Source of the DNA: Bacteroidia bacterium
GTDB taxonomy: Bacteria > Bacteroidota > Bacteroidia > NS11-12g > UBA9320
Reading direction: 5' to 3'
DNA: 64,000 bases
Assembly (NCBI GenBank): GCA_965216465.1
Contig: CBDCFW010000005.1
Span: 690,816-754,815, forward strand
In this document: positions 51,811 through 61,302 of the stretch, piece after piece
How positions within the stretch are numbered: position 1 is the first letter of the stretch
How the letters are laid out: each line of letters begins with the position of its first letter
Position numbers and translations under genes: made by a program
Notes under the pieces: model-generated
Told to the model about the DNA's origin: nothing
The model's input: only the letters and a program-made list of their open reading frames with translations
The model's database searches: none

Positions 51811-53292
51811 TTGGATATAAAACTTGTCATCCTTCTACTCTATGTTCTAATTCTATTAGGCATAGGCATTGTAGCTTCTCGTCGAGTAAGAAACATTTCG
51901 GATTTTTATGTGGGAGGAAAAAAGATCGGCTATTGGGCTGTAGCCTTTTCAGCACGTGCCACAGGAGAATCGGGTTGGCTGTTAATAGGACTAACCGGAA
52001 TGGGCGCCATGGCCGGATTGTCTGCCTACTGGGTGGTCGTCGGTGAGGTTCTTGGGGTTGCTATTTCGTGGTTTTTCATGGCCAAACCCTTTAAGCTTCT
52101 GTCCGATAAGTACGGCTCAATAACAGTTCCGGATTTTTTAGAAAGTCATTTCAAGTCTAAATCACACTTGCTTAGAGGACTAACTGCCTCCATCCTATCC
52201 ATTTTTGTTATCATCTATGTCAGCACTCAAATAGACGCTACGGGCATTGCCTTTGAAAGCATGATGAAGATGGACTATTATTATGGAGCTATTATCGGCT
52301 TTATAATTGTGCTGGTTTACATCTTCTTTGGTGGATTTGTAGCTGTAGTTTGGTCAGACCTATTTCAAGGATTGTTAATGTTCTTTGGGCTAATAATTCT
52401 GCCCATAATAATGATTATGCAGTTCGATGCACCGGTAAACATTGTAGATCAACTCAGCAGTATTGACCCCAAACTGATTCACCCATTTGGAGGTGAAAGT
52501 AGTGGATGGATGAATCTCTTTACCATTCTCGGTTTTTCGATGATAGGTCTAGGATTTTTAGGCTCACCTCAAGTTTATGTACGATTCATGTCGATTAAGA
52601 ATGTCGATTCGATACGAAAAGGACGCTGGGTTGCAATTTTGTTTACCTTATTGACCGATGCGGCGGCTGTATCTATTGGAATCTTAACACGCATTTACTT
52701 CACGGATTCAGGAATGGACGCTGAAGCTGTTTTAGGGGTTGGAGGCAAGCATGTATTAAGTCTCGCCACTGAAAACTTTTTACCGCTGACCATCACAGCA
52801 ATTTACATTGCCGTTGTACTCTCGGCGATCATGTCGACCGTAGATTCTTTACTCGTTTTGGCATCGAGTGCCATAACCCGAGATTTCTATCAGAAGATAT
52901 TTAGACCCAATGCTTCCGCAAAGCAACTAACCCGATTGTCCAGAACTGTGACAGTAATCATGGCAATGTTTGCTTTAGCAATTGCAATGGCCATTGCCTA
53001 TTTCAGTCCTGAAAGGCAGGTGTTTTGGCTGATTATTTTTGGTTGGAGCGGAATAGCCGCGTGTTTTTGTCCTGTGATTATCCTCTCACTCTTTTATAAG
53101 GGATACAGCGAGGCTGGAGCAATTGCATCCATCATAACTGGATTTGTGAGTGTTGTTTTGCTGAAATTTGTACTTCAACCCATGGAAGGCATTGGAAAAT
53201 ACATCGACAAACTCGACGTACTCGCACCGTCATTTGCGTTAGCGATTTTGGCAGGGGTAATTGCTTCTAAGCTATGGCCAAGAAGTTCGTAA
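51811..53292 (+). CDS. Sodium:solute (proline-type) symporter
   Basis: SARATGESGW, GGFVAVVWSDLFQG, LSAIMST; ~13 TM. Confidence 0.92.
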   Translation: MDIKLVILLLYVLILLGIGIVASRRVRNISDFYVGGKKIGYWAVAFSARATGESGWLLIGLTGMGAMAGLSAYWVVVGEVLGVAISWFFMAKPFKLLSDKYGSITVPDFLESHFKSKSHLLRGLTASILSIFVIIYVSTQIDATGIAFESMMKMDYYYGAIIGFIIVLVYIFFGGFVAVVWSDLFQGLLMFFGLIILPIIMIMQFDAPVNIVDQLSSIDPKLIHPFGGESSGWMNLFTILGFSMIGLGFLGSPQVYVRFMSIKNVDSIRKGRWVAILFTLLTDAAAVSIGILTRIYFTDSGMDAEAVLGVGGKHVLSLATENFLPLTITAIYIAVVLSAIMSTVDSLLVLASSAITRDFYQKIFRPNASAKQLTRLSRTVTVIMAMFALAIAMAIAYFSPERQVFWLIIFGWSGIAACFCPVIILSLFYKGYSEAGAIASIITGFVSVVLLKFVLQPMEGIGKYIDKLDVLAPSFALAILAGVIASKLWPRSS

Positions 53293-53338
53293 ATGTTTTG
53301 AAGTTCTCTCATAAGATTCAATATGAAGCAACACGCCA

Positions 53339-53460
53339 ATTGCGGCGTTGGCTTGAAGGCTATCGGCGGCGGCCCGGTGGCCAGGGCACCGGACGACAAA
53401 AACAGCTTGCCGGGCTATTATAGCCTTCGATTTTTGCAGTAATTTTTCTAAAAAAGTGCG
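53339..53460 (+). repeat. Structured repeat family 1, copy C (short subtype)
   Basis: Full 5' block, CCGGTG/CACCGG hairpin, conserved 3' block. Confidence 0.92.
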
Positions 53461-53565
53461 AAAGAAAGTAACAAATACCGCTCTTACGATCGCCAACAAT
53501 CTTTTACTCTAAAGGACATGCGACATATTAATAACTAACTACAGAGAGATGTTTGTTTAATGTTT

Positions 53566-53595
53566 CTTCAGGGTCCCTTGCAGGAGACCCTGAAG
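53566..53595 (+). repeat. Bulged hairpin family 2
   Basis: CTTCAGGGTCCCTTGCAGGAGACCCTGAAG. Confidence 0.85.
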
Positions 53596-53705
53596 ATGTT
53601 GCTCTTTCAATTCTCTCGAAGACCTCATTCCTAAAAAAAAAGAAGCCATTAATCAAATCAAAGAACGTCTATGTAACTTTTGAATGATTTCATCGTTTTA
53701 ACCAC

Positions 53706-55379
53706 ATGAAAACTATCAAACTAAAAACACTATTCATTCTAATAACGATTGGATTATCATTCCACGTTATGGGAATCAACGCTGCAAAGTATAGCGTTGA
53801 TCGATTTAAAAATGATGCTCCCAATTCAGTAGTTCTAGAACTCAATTTCGCCGAAGCGAAGGTGCTCAATGCAGAAGCAATTGAACAGTTAGCAGACCGA
53901 GAAATCTATCACATTGACCTAGTCTATACTGCTTATAAAGAAAATGCAGGATTCAACCAAGACCAACTCAACCAAACAAGGGTTAATCAACTAAAGTCGC
54001 TGCTTCCTAAACTCAGAACCTCAAATACTTCTTGGAGATTTATTGAGCAAACGCAAGCTCAGTCAAGAACAGAAGCTCAGAAACTTTTTCACGGATTTGT
54101 AATTCATTTCGGGGAGAATTTAGACTATTCTAACCTCAGTCAATTTTTAGCAGACTATCAAGAACCTTTTTTTGAGCAAAGCATAAGCAACAGTTCAAAT
54201 GAGCTCGTTGAATACAAGACTGGATCAAAAATCCATGTGCCAGCCAATGCAGTAACCTACTTAGATGGCACACCCGTAACAGGCGATTACACCTTGCAGT
54301 ACATAGAGTTCCGAAATCCAGCAGACATTGTGTATTCTGGCATTCCTATGACCTATAATTCCGGTCAAAAGGAGTACAATTTTAACTCTGTGGGAATGTA
54401 TGAAATCAGAGCAGAGCAAGATGGAAAAGAGTTAGCCCTTCAGAAGCCCATTACTGTAGATTTTAATTGTACTGAACAAGAAGCCGATGTAGACTTCTAC
54501 GAGCTTGACGACAATACCGGAGAGTGGAAGAAAAAGAGAGACATTCAATTTGAAAAAAAAGAAGCACAGGCGGAGCTTTTTGAAGCGGCACCACAAAAAA
54601 TTATTGCCAATATTGGTGGTGACGACGGTTCATATTCGTTTGAAGCTGGTGATTTAAAACTCGCATACAAATACAAGGTAAAAAATGACCTTGTTCATAT
54701 AACATTTTCAGATGGTTGGGAACAAGTCAAGACACAAATGGAAGTAGATAATGATGAAATCTTTGATATCATACAATATCACGACCCCAATACTGGCAAG
54801 GTTCGTATCAAATTAGAGGATCACAAAGCATTTACTGAATTTGTGAATAGAAGCTGGTTTGTTGATCTTGCCTTGGCCCAAATGAGAGGAAACGAAATAA
54901 ATTTTGAAGGAGAGCTTGATGCAAATATGGATGAACTATCAAGAACTTCATCCACGTTGCTTGCAGAAAGCAAAACGGACGCTACGCATATGTATCCCAA
55001 CTTGGTAAAAGGTTTAAATTCAGACAAGTTTGGGGTTTTTAATTGTGATCAGATCTATCGAATCAAGAATCTAGCAACCATTTCGCCAATGTATGTTGAT
55101 GCAGAGACAGGTAGAAAGATAACCAACGGAAAGGTGGCTTGCCTACTTGATTTGACTTACAATGGGTCTTTTAGTTTCAATCCCAACAGCATCACCTTTG
55201 ATGCAAAAGGTAGAAATGTAATCATCCTTTTCACTACGGATAAACAGACCTATGTACTAAGCGAATCGGAAGCTCAAAAAATTAATTTCTCAAATAATTA
55301 CAGACCCCAATTGTCAATGAAAAACATGACCGATGAACTGCAATCATCTAGCGACTTGTCGGAATACTTGAAATTATGA
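53706..55379 (+). CDS. Secreted hypothetical protein
   Basis: Signal peptide, 557 aa; upstream ECF-like TGTAAC...CGT (53672-53696). Confidence 0.75.
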   Translation: MKTIKLKTLFILITIGLSFHVMGINAAKYSVDRFKNDAPNSVVLELNFAEAKVLNAEAIEQLADREIYHIDLVYTAYKENAGFNQDQLNQTRVNQLKSLLPKLRTSNTSWRFIEQTQAQSRTEAQKLFHGFVIHFGENLDYSNLSQFLADYQEPFFEQSISNSSNELVEYKTGSKIHVPANAVTYLDGTPVTGDYTLQYIEFRNPADIVYSGIPMTYNSGQKEYNFNSVGMYEIRAEQDGKELALQKPITVDFNCTEQEADVDFYELDDNTGEWKKKRDIQFEKKEAQAELFEAAPQKIIANIGGDDGSYSFEAGDLKLAYKYKVKNDLVHITFSDGWEQVKTQMEVDNDEIFDIIQYHDPNTGKVRIKLEDHKAFTEFVNRSWFVDLALAQMRGNEINFEGELDANMDELSRTSSTLLAESKTDATHMYPNLVKGLNSDKFGVFNCDQIYRIKNLATISPMYVDAETGRKITNGKVACLLDLTYNGSFSFNPNSITFDAKGRNVIILFTTDKQTYVLSESEAQKINFSNNYRPQLSMKNMTDELQSSSDLSEYLKL

Positions 55380-55428
55380 AGCTTTGGCTTCTTTAGTTCA
55401 AGTCAATTTCCAATACCTTTGATACCCT

Positions 55429-55830
55429 ATGAATTCCATTTCAAAGTCAATTTGGATACTTTTTAGTGGATTATCGCTTTGGTTTTTTGCCTGCACTGGC
55501 ACTGAGAATAAGCAACACGAAAGACTAATAGGTTCAAGCCATACTTTTCTGTTTGAAGATGGTGAGCATGCTGATGAATATTACAACGATAGATTGGAGT
55601 TCATAAAGCCGTACAATAGTGAAAAACACGTTGGTGATACCTTGTTCATTACCACCTTAAGAAGGGTTAATTCTTGTGCCGAAACACAAGGCGACATCCA
55701 AATAAATGGAGACAGCATTATCCTATTAGATTACCAAATTGGAGACATAGCTTGTGCTTCAACCGATTTTCATAAGTTTGAATATGTGGTATTCGTTCCT
55801 CAAGATTCAAACTACATTATATCTTACTAG
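55429..55830 (+). CDS. Hypothetical lipoprotein
   Basis: Lipobox FFAC. Confidence 0.7.
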   Translation: MNSISKSIWILFSGLSLWFFACTGTENKQHERLIGSSHTFLFEDGEHADEYYNDRLEFIKPYNSEKHVGDTLFITTLRRVNSCAETQGDIQINGDSIILLDYQIGDIACASTDFHKFEYVVFVPQDSNYIISY

Positions 55831-55882
55831 TTCTAAAAGCATTCTTCGAATCTTATAATAGTCATATTCGATTCGACATGCA

Positions 55883-55897
55883 AATTGCGGCGTTGGC
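55883..55897 (+). repeat. Family 1 5'-block remnant (copy D)
   Basis: AATTGCGGCGTTGGC only. Confidence 0.7.
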
Positions 55898-55950
55898 ACG
55901 ATAGCTATTAACTGCTAAAGGACGAATGTTAACAGACAGTTATTCTATTT

Positions 55951-56100
55951 CGCACTTTTTTAGAAAAAGTACTGCAAAAATCAAAGGCTATAATAGCCCG
56001 GCATAGTGTTTCTGTCACACAAACCCGCCGCCTCTAAGCCAAACACCATCATCCATCATCGCTCTTGTCCGCCGCCGATAGCCTTCAAGCCAACGCCACA
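55951..56100 (-). repeat. Structured repeat family 1, copy E (long subtype)
   Basis: Reverse complement of both conserved blocks. Confidence 0.92.
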
Positions 56101-56181
56101 AATCCATATCCAAAGGAACCTCACATTCATCCATCTTGAAAATTTGCAAACTCGACTGCTTTCAATCCTTCCAGCATCAAC

Positions 56182-56212
56182 AAAAAAAAGTCCGGCCTCT
56201 CGACCGGACTTT
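56182..56212 (-). terminator. Rho-independent terminator
   Basis: AAAGTCCGG...CCGGACTTT with an A8 tract on the + strand. Confidence 0.8.
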
Positions 56213-56231
56213 ACTAAAAGCTAAGTTTATG

Positions 56232-59200
56232 TTATTGCTTTATAAGCTTCGTTCTCATGCGTTTTTGGTCTGATTGTATTTCTACAATGTACATCCCTTT
56301 ACTCGCATCAAGTACAAACTGGTGTTTGATTCCAGCGATGTTCATCGCATTGTAAACCACTTTACCATTAAGGTCAGTTACTACAATGTTTACATTGGAT
56401 AAGTTGGCCAAATCAACATTTACAACATTGCTTGTTGGGTTTGGATAAACAGTAACTCCTTCAAATACAATGTTGTCTCTTGCACTCGCTTTGCTAATGG
56501 TTACACATTCAGAAGTATCTGAACATTCACCTTTAGTCACAATTACTGCATAACTTCCATTGTCAGTAGCTACAAACTCTTGGCCTGTCGCACCATCGAT
56601 TGGAGCATTGCCATTATCGCAGTCAATCCATTGGTAAGTTGCAGTTTCATCATTTGCATTGATCTTAGGATCAGCAATTGAAACTGAGTTATCAAGGCTG
56701 GTAATCGTCAAGTTCAAGGTTACAACCGAGTCACATCCAGCTGCGTTAGTTAATGTAAAGCTAGGTGCATCAGTGCTTGAAGTATAAGTAACTCCATCGA
56801 TCCACGTGTAGCTGTTACATGCTTCAACAACATCAACTCCAGAAGTAGACTTATTGATTGTTAAATCAAGGTATACAATTGAATCACAACCATCTGCTGT
56901 TAAGTATCTTCTTAATGCGGTATTATTGCTTTCAGTATACGTAGTACCGTTAATCCATCTGTAGCTGTTGCAAGCAACAATTACATCAGTGCGCGATACC
57001 GATTTGTTGATGGTTAAATCAAGGGTTACAACTGAATCACAACCCAATGAGTTTGTTACGGTATGTGTTGCTGTGTTATTGCTTTCAGTATACTCAACAC
57101 CATCAATCCAAGTGTAAGCATCACAAGCGGTGATCTCATCAACTCCGAAAGTAGTTTTGTTAATGGTTAAGTCTAAAGTAACAATAGAATCACAACCAGA
57201 AACATTGGTTAAAGTATAAGTTGGAGTGTTGGTACTTGAAGTATAAGTAACACCATCAATCCAAGTGTATGATTCACATGCAGTAATTACATCAGTTGTT
57301 TCATCTGGACTAAGAATAGTAAGATCCAACTTCACAACTGAATCACAACCTGCTTCGGTAACGATGGTGTAAACGGAAGTGTTGTTGCTGAAAGTATAAG
57401 TAAATCCGTTGATCCAAGTATAGCTTCCACATGCAGTGATAACATCTGTGGTTGTTGACGAATTTCTAATGGTCAAATCCAAGGTAACTACAGAATCACA
57501 TCCTTTGCTAGAAGTTAATGTGTGAGTAGCTGTATTGTTGCTTGAAGTATAAGTTACTCCATCAATCCAAGTATAGCTAGCACAAGCTAAAATCTTATCT
57601 GTACTGGTTTGAGAATAGTTAATGGTCAATTCAAGTGTTACAATTGAATCACAACCATGAACAGTTTGATGCGTATCTTTAGCAATGTAGTTGCTTGAAG
57701 TATATGTTACACCGTTGGTCCAAGTATAGCTGTCACAAGCGGTGATTTCATCCGTAGTAAATACAGTTTCGTTAATAGTTAAGTCTAAGGTAACAATAGA
57801 GTCACAACCCACTGAATTGGTATACTTCATTGTAGCAGAATTGTTGCTCGCATAGTACGTAATTCCATCAATCCAAGTAAATGAATCACACGCTTCAGCT
57901 TCATAAGTGCTTGCACTTTCAGGAAGAATGGTCAAGTTCAAAGTAACAATAGAATCACAGCCGATGATGTTTGTAAACGTATCGGTAGCGGTGTTGTTGC
58001 TTGAAGTATATGTAATACCGTTTGTCCAAGTGAAGTTTCCACATTCAGTTACAACATCAATGCTTCCATTAATTGGCAAAATGGTTAAATCTAAAGTTAC
58101 AATAGAGTCGCAGCCGTTAACTGTAGCAAATGTGTCTTTTGCAGTATTGTTGTCTGCAAAATAGGTGATACCGTTTGTCCATGTATAGCGATCACAAGCT
58201 GTAATTAAATCCGTGCTAGTTGTCGCATTATTTACGGTTAAATCAAGTGTTACAATCGAATCGCAACCCGCAACATTTAAGTAAGTAAAAGTTGCAGTGT
58301 TGTTGCTTGTATAATACGTAACTCCATCAACCCAAGTGAAACTATCGCATGATGCAACCGTAAATGTGCTACCGTTTGACAAAATGGTTAGGTCTAAAGT
58401 TACTACAGAATCACAGCCATGGATGTTAGTGAAAGTATCAGTAGCCGTATTGTTTGAAGATGTATAAGTAACTCCGTTTGTCCAAGTGTAGCTATCGCAC
58501 GCAGATTGAACATCAGTGCTTTCGTTTGAAAGAATAGTCAAGTTCAAGGTTACAACTGAATCACAGCCTTGAGCACTGAAATAAGTGTTTGTCGCTGTGT
58601 TGTTTGAAGTGGTATACGTGATACCATCTGTCCAAGTATAGCTTCCACAAGAAGAGATAACATCAGTGCTTGATTTAGAGTAGTTCACGATTAGGTCAAG
58701 TGACACAATCGAATCACAACCAGCTGCATTCACAAAAGTATCTTTAGCTGTATTGTTTGAAGATGTGTAAGTTACTCCGTTTGTCCAAGTAAAGCTGTTG
58801 CATGCACGAACTGTTTCAGTTGAAGAAGTTGGATTTAAAATGGTTAAATCTAAGGTTACAACTGAGTCACAACCGTTAACGTTAGTTAATGTTTGAGTTG
58901 CAGTATTGTTTGAAGAAGTATAAGTGATTCCATCAATCCAAGTATAGCTTTCACATGCAGATGTAGTAAAAGTGCTTGAGTTTGAAAGAATAGTCAAATC
59001 TAAAGTTACTACAGAATCGCAACCTGCAGCGTTGGTGTAAGTTTTAGTAGCTGAGTTGTTGCTTTCGGTGTAGGTAATTCCATCTACCCAAGTATAGCTA
59101 TCACAGGCTGATACCGTAAATGTGCTAGAAGTAGAGTTGGTAATCGTTAAATTCAATCTCATGTAAAGGTCACAACCAGCTGCATTTACTAGTGTATCCA

Positions 59201-59813
59201 TTGCAGTGTTGTTACTTGCGTAATAGGTAACCCCGTTGGTCCAAGTAAAGCTATCACAAGCAGTTGTTGTGAATGTGCTCGAAGTTGGTGAGTTGATTGT
59301 AAGATCTAAAGTGATTACAGAATCACAACCATTCGCATTTGTAGTGGTGTACGTTGCTGAATTGTTTGAAGCAGTATAGGTTACTCCATCAATCCAAGTG
59401 TAGCTAACACAAGCAGAAATTACATCTGTGCTAGAAGTTGATTCATGGATGGTAAGGTTTAAAGTTACAACGGAATCACAACCGGCTGCATTCACTAAGG
59501 TGTGCGTTGCAGAGTTGTTGGATGTTGTGTAAGTAACCCCATCAATCCAAGTGTAGTCATCACAAGCAGTAACCACATCGGTACCTGAAGTAGGCTGATT
59601 AATGGTTAAGTTTAGTGTGATAACAGAGTCACAACCGGCTGCGTTCACTAAGGTGTCGGTAGCTGAGTTGTTCGAAGATGTGTAAGTTACGCCATCCATC
59701 CAGGTGTAACTTCCACATGAAACTTGTGTGTCGGTACTATAAGTAGTAACACACTGAGCTGAAAGCTTGAACATGCCCAAGCCCATCAGCAGTAGTAAAA
59801 AAAGATTTCTCAT
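56232..59813 (-). CDS. T9SS-secreted protein with 20 tandem ~51-aa Cys-paired repeats
   Basis: Unit ACDSYTWIDGVTYTSSNN...GCDSVVTLDLTI x20; VYPNP CTD; signal peptide from ATG 59813. Confidence 0.92.
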   Translation of the reverse strand: MRNLFLLLLMGLGMFKLSAQCVTTYSTDTQVSCGSYTWMDGVTYTSSNNSATDTLVNAAGCDSVITLNLTINQPTSGTDVVTACDDYTWIDGVTYTTSNNSATHTLVNAAGCDSVVTLNLTIHESTSSTDVISACVSYTWIDGVTYTASNNSATYTTTNANGCDSVITLDLTINSPTSSTFTTTACDSFTWTNGVTYYASNNTAMDTLVNAAGCDLYMRLNLTITNSTSSTFTVSACDSYTWVDGITYTESNNSATKTYTNAAGCDSVVTLDLTILSNSSTFTTSACESYTWIDGITYTSSNNTATQTLTNVNGCDSVVTLDLTILNPTSSTETVRACNSFTWTNGVTYTSSNNTAKDTFVNAAGCDSIVSLDLIVNYSKSSTDVISSCGSYTWTDGITYTTSNNTATNTYFSAQGCDSVVTLNLTILSNESTDVQSACDSYTWTNGVTYTSSNNTATDTFTNIHGCDSVVTLDLTILSNGSTFTVASCDSFTWVDGVTYYTSNNTATFTYLNVAGCDSIVTLDLTVNNATTSTDLITACDRYTWTNGITYFADNNTAKDTFATVNGCDSIVTLDLTILPINGSIDVVTECGNFTWTNGITYTSSNNTATDTFTNIIGCDSIVTLNLTILPESASTYEAEACDSFTWIDGITYYASNNSATMKYTNSVGCDSIVTLDLTINETVFTTDEITACDSYTWTNGVTYTSSNYIAKDTHQTVHGCDSIVTLELTINYSQTSTDKILACASYTWIDGVTYTSSNNTATHTLTSSKGCDSVVTLDLTIRNSSTTTDVITACGSYTWINGFTYTFSNNTSVYTIVTEAGCDSVVKLDLTILSPDETTDVITACESYTWIDGVTYTSSTNTPTYTLTNVSGCDSIVTLDLTINKTTFGVDEITACDAYTWIDGVEYTESNNTATHTVTNSLGCDSVVTLDLTINKSVSRTDVIVACNSYRWINGTTYTESNNTALRRYLTADGCDSIVYLDLTINKSTSGVDVVEACNSYTWIDGVTYTSSTDAPSFTLTNAAGCDSVVTLNLTITSLDNSVSIADPKINANDETATYQWIDCDNGNAPIDGATGQEFVATDNGSYAVIVTKGECSDTSECVTISKASARDNIVFEGVTVYPNPTSNVVNVDLANLSNVNIVVTDLNGKVVYNAMNIAGIKHQFVLDASKGMYIVEIQSDQKRMRTKLIKQ

Positions 59814-60134
59814 AAAAGTGTTTATCGATAAATTGTAATTAAAATAATTCATAGTTGGTTGCACATTGAACCTGTTCAATTTGTTGTAGTAGGACATGAA
59901 AATTACTTAGGAACTAAGTGCTTAGAGTTTTAAATGGTGAGTGATTCATAGTTTTCTTTCTGTAGAGTTATCGTGTTTTAAAATTTGGTGCGAATCTAGT
60001 CAAATAATCGATTCATTCTCAACAAGTAACAGTTATTTTTACCAGTGGTAATTAAATGTATTTAATAGGTATTTTTTGTGTCTTTTTGCGTAAAAAAATG
60101 CCATCTGAAGGTTGGTACTTTGTTTTATTTCTCT

Positions 60135-60284
60135 CGCACTTTTTTAGAAAAAGTACTGCAAAAATCGAAGGCTATAATAGCCCGGCAGGGTGCTTCTGTC
60201 TCACAGACCCCAACCCTTTAGGCCAAACACCCACATCCATCATCACACAATCCCACCGCAGATAGCCTTCAAGCCAACGCCGCA
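60135..60284 (-). repeat. Structured repeat family 1, copy F (long subtype)
   Basis: Reverse complement of both conserved blocks. Confidence 0.92.
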
Positions 60285-60401
60285 CATGCATAGCTGATTC
60301 AACTTTTGTAGTAAAAGGTGAACCCCTGTTGCATTGACCGCTACGAGTTCTCACGCGAGAGAACCCTGAGATAACGAATCTCTTTTTGTTATTTTTGAGT
60401 T

Positions 60402-60980
60402 ATGTATGAAAATTTCTTTGAGAATAGACTAATTACTAGCAGACCCAGCAGTGATAACGATTGGACACAATTAAATGAGGTGAACCCTCAATTCAATCAA
60501 GTAACCAAATCACTCTCAGGCAAACAGATAGAAAATGGGTTATTTACATTTATGTGGCCTGAAGAATCCAAGAAGTGGTCAAATCTTATGGCGTCTTATT
60601 TTAATTTTCAAAATATGAAGTTATTGTGTTTTGCTTTTGATTGGTCTGGAAAGGTTTTTGCTCTAAACTCTATTGACGATGGATTTATTTATTGCCTTGA
60701 CCCTGCAACCTTTGAGTGGTTTGAATTAGAAACTGGAGTTGAGGATTTTTTAAATATAGAATTAGTCGACTCTATAGAAGAGTTGTTGGAGTGGCCTAGA
60801 TTTAGAAATTTTATGAGAACAAATTCCTTACTAAACTTAAAGGACAATTACTGCGTTGGTTTTAAGAAACCTCTTTTTTTAGGAGGCGAGGATGATGATG
60901 AAAATTTTGAGCTTACAGAAATGGAAGTATATTGGGGATTGAATCACGAGCTCCTGTTGTCTATTTTAAAAAAGAAATAA
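60402..60980 (+). CDS. Tdi1/DUF1851 (GAD-like) polymorphic-toxin immunity protein
   Basis: FAFDWSG, CVGFKKPLFLGG.DD.ENFE...EVYW C-terminal motif. Confidence 0.75.
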   Translation: MYENFFENRLITSRPSSDNDWTQLNEVNPQFNQVTKSLSGKQIENGLFTFMWPEESKKWSNLMASYFNFQNMKLLCFAFDWSGKVFALNSIDDGFIYCLDPATFEWFELETGVEDFLNIELVDSIEELLEWPRFRNFMRTNSLLNLKDNYCVGFKKPLFLGGEDDDENFELTEMEVYWGLNHELLLSILKKK

Positions 60981-61038
60981 TTCCATTTAACATTTTAAGG
61001 TCCCTTTCAGCTGACCTCAAAGCGTTTGATTCGCGAAA

Positions 61039-61184
61039 ATTCCGGTGTTGACTTAAATGCTATCTGCAGCGAAGGAGCTTGTTGTGTGAAGATACGAGGA
61101 AGGTGTAGATAAAGCATCAGCTGGAAGTTGGCACTAACAAACCTTCGATTTTTGCAGTACTTTTTCTAAAAAAGTGCGAAAGAA
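61039..61184 (+). repeat. Structured repeat family 1, copy G (decayed 5' half, intact 3' block, family-3 palindrome inside)
   Basis: ATTCCGGTGTTGACTTAAATGCTATC ~ ATTGCGGCGTTGGCTTGAAGGCTATC; CCTTCGATTTTTGCAGTACTTTTTCTAAAAAAGTGCG at 61142-61178. Confidence 0.85.
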
Positions 61185-61302
61185 AAAGATAGACTTTGGC
61201 AGCGAGATTAACCAAACAACCAAACCGATTAAGTCCGATAATTCATTAATTTTACCCTCGTAAATTATGCAGATTAAAAATGCATAACATGCACCTCTTT
61301 TT

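Noticed and set aside
51258-61184. CRISPR array interpretation of the repeats
   Set aside because: Units are 100-155 bp, irregularly spaced, in both orientations and separated by whole genes; no cas genes are present.
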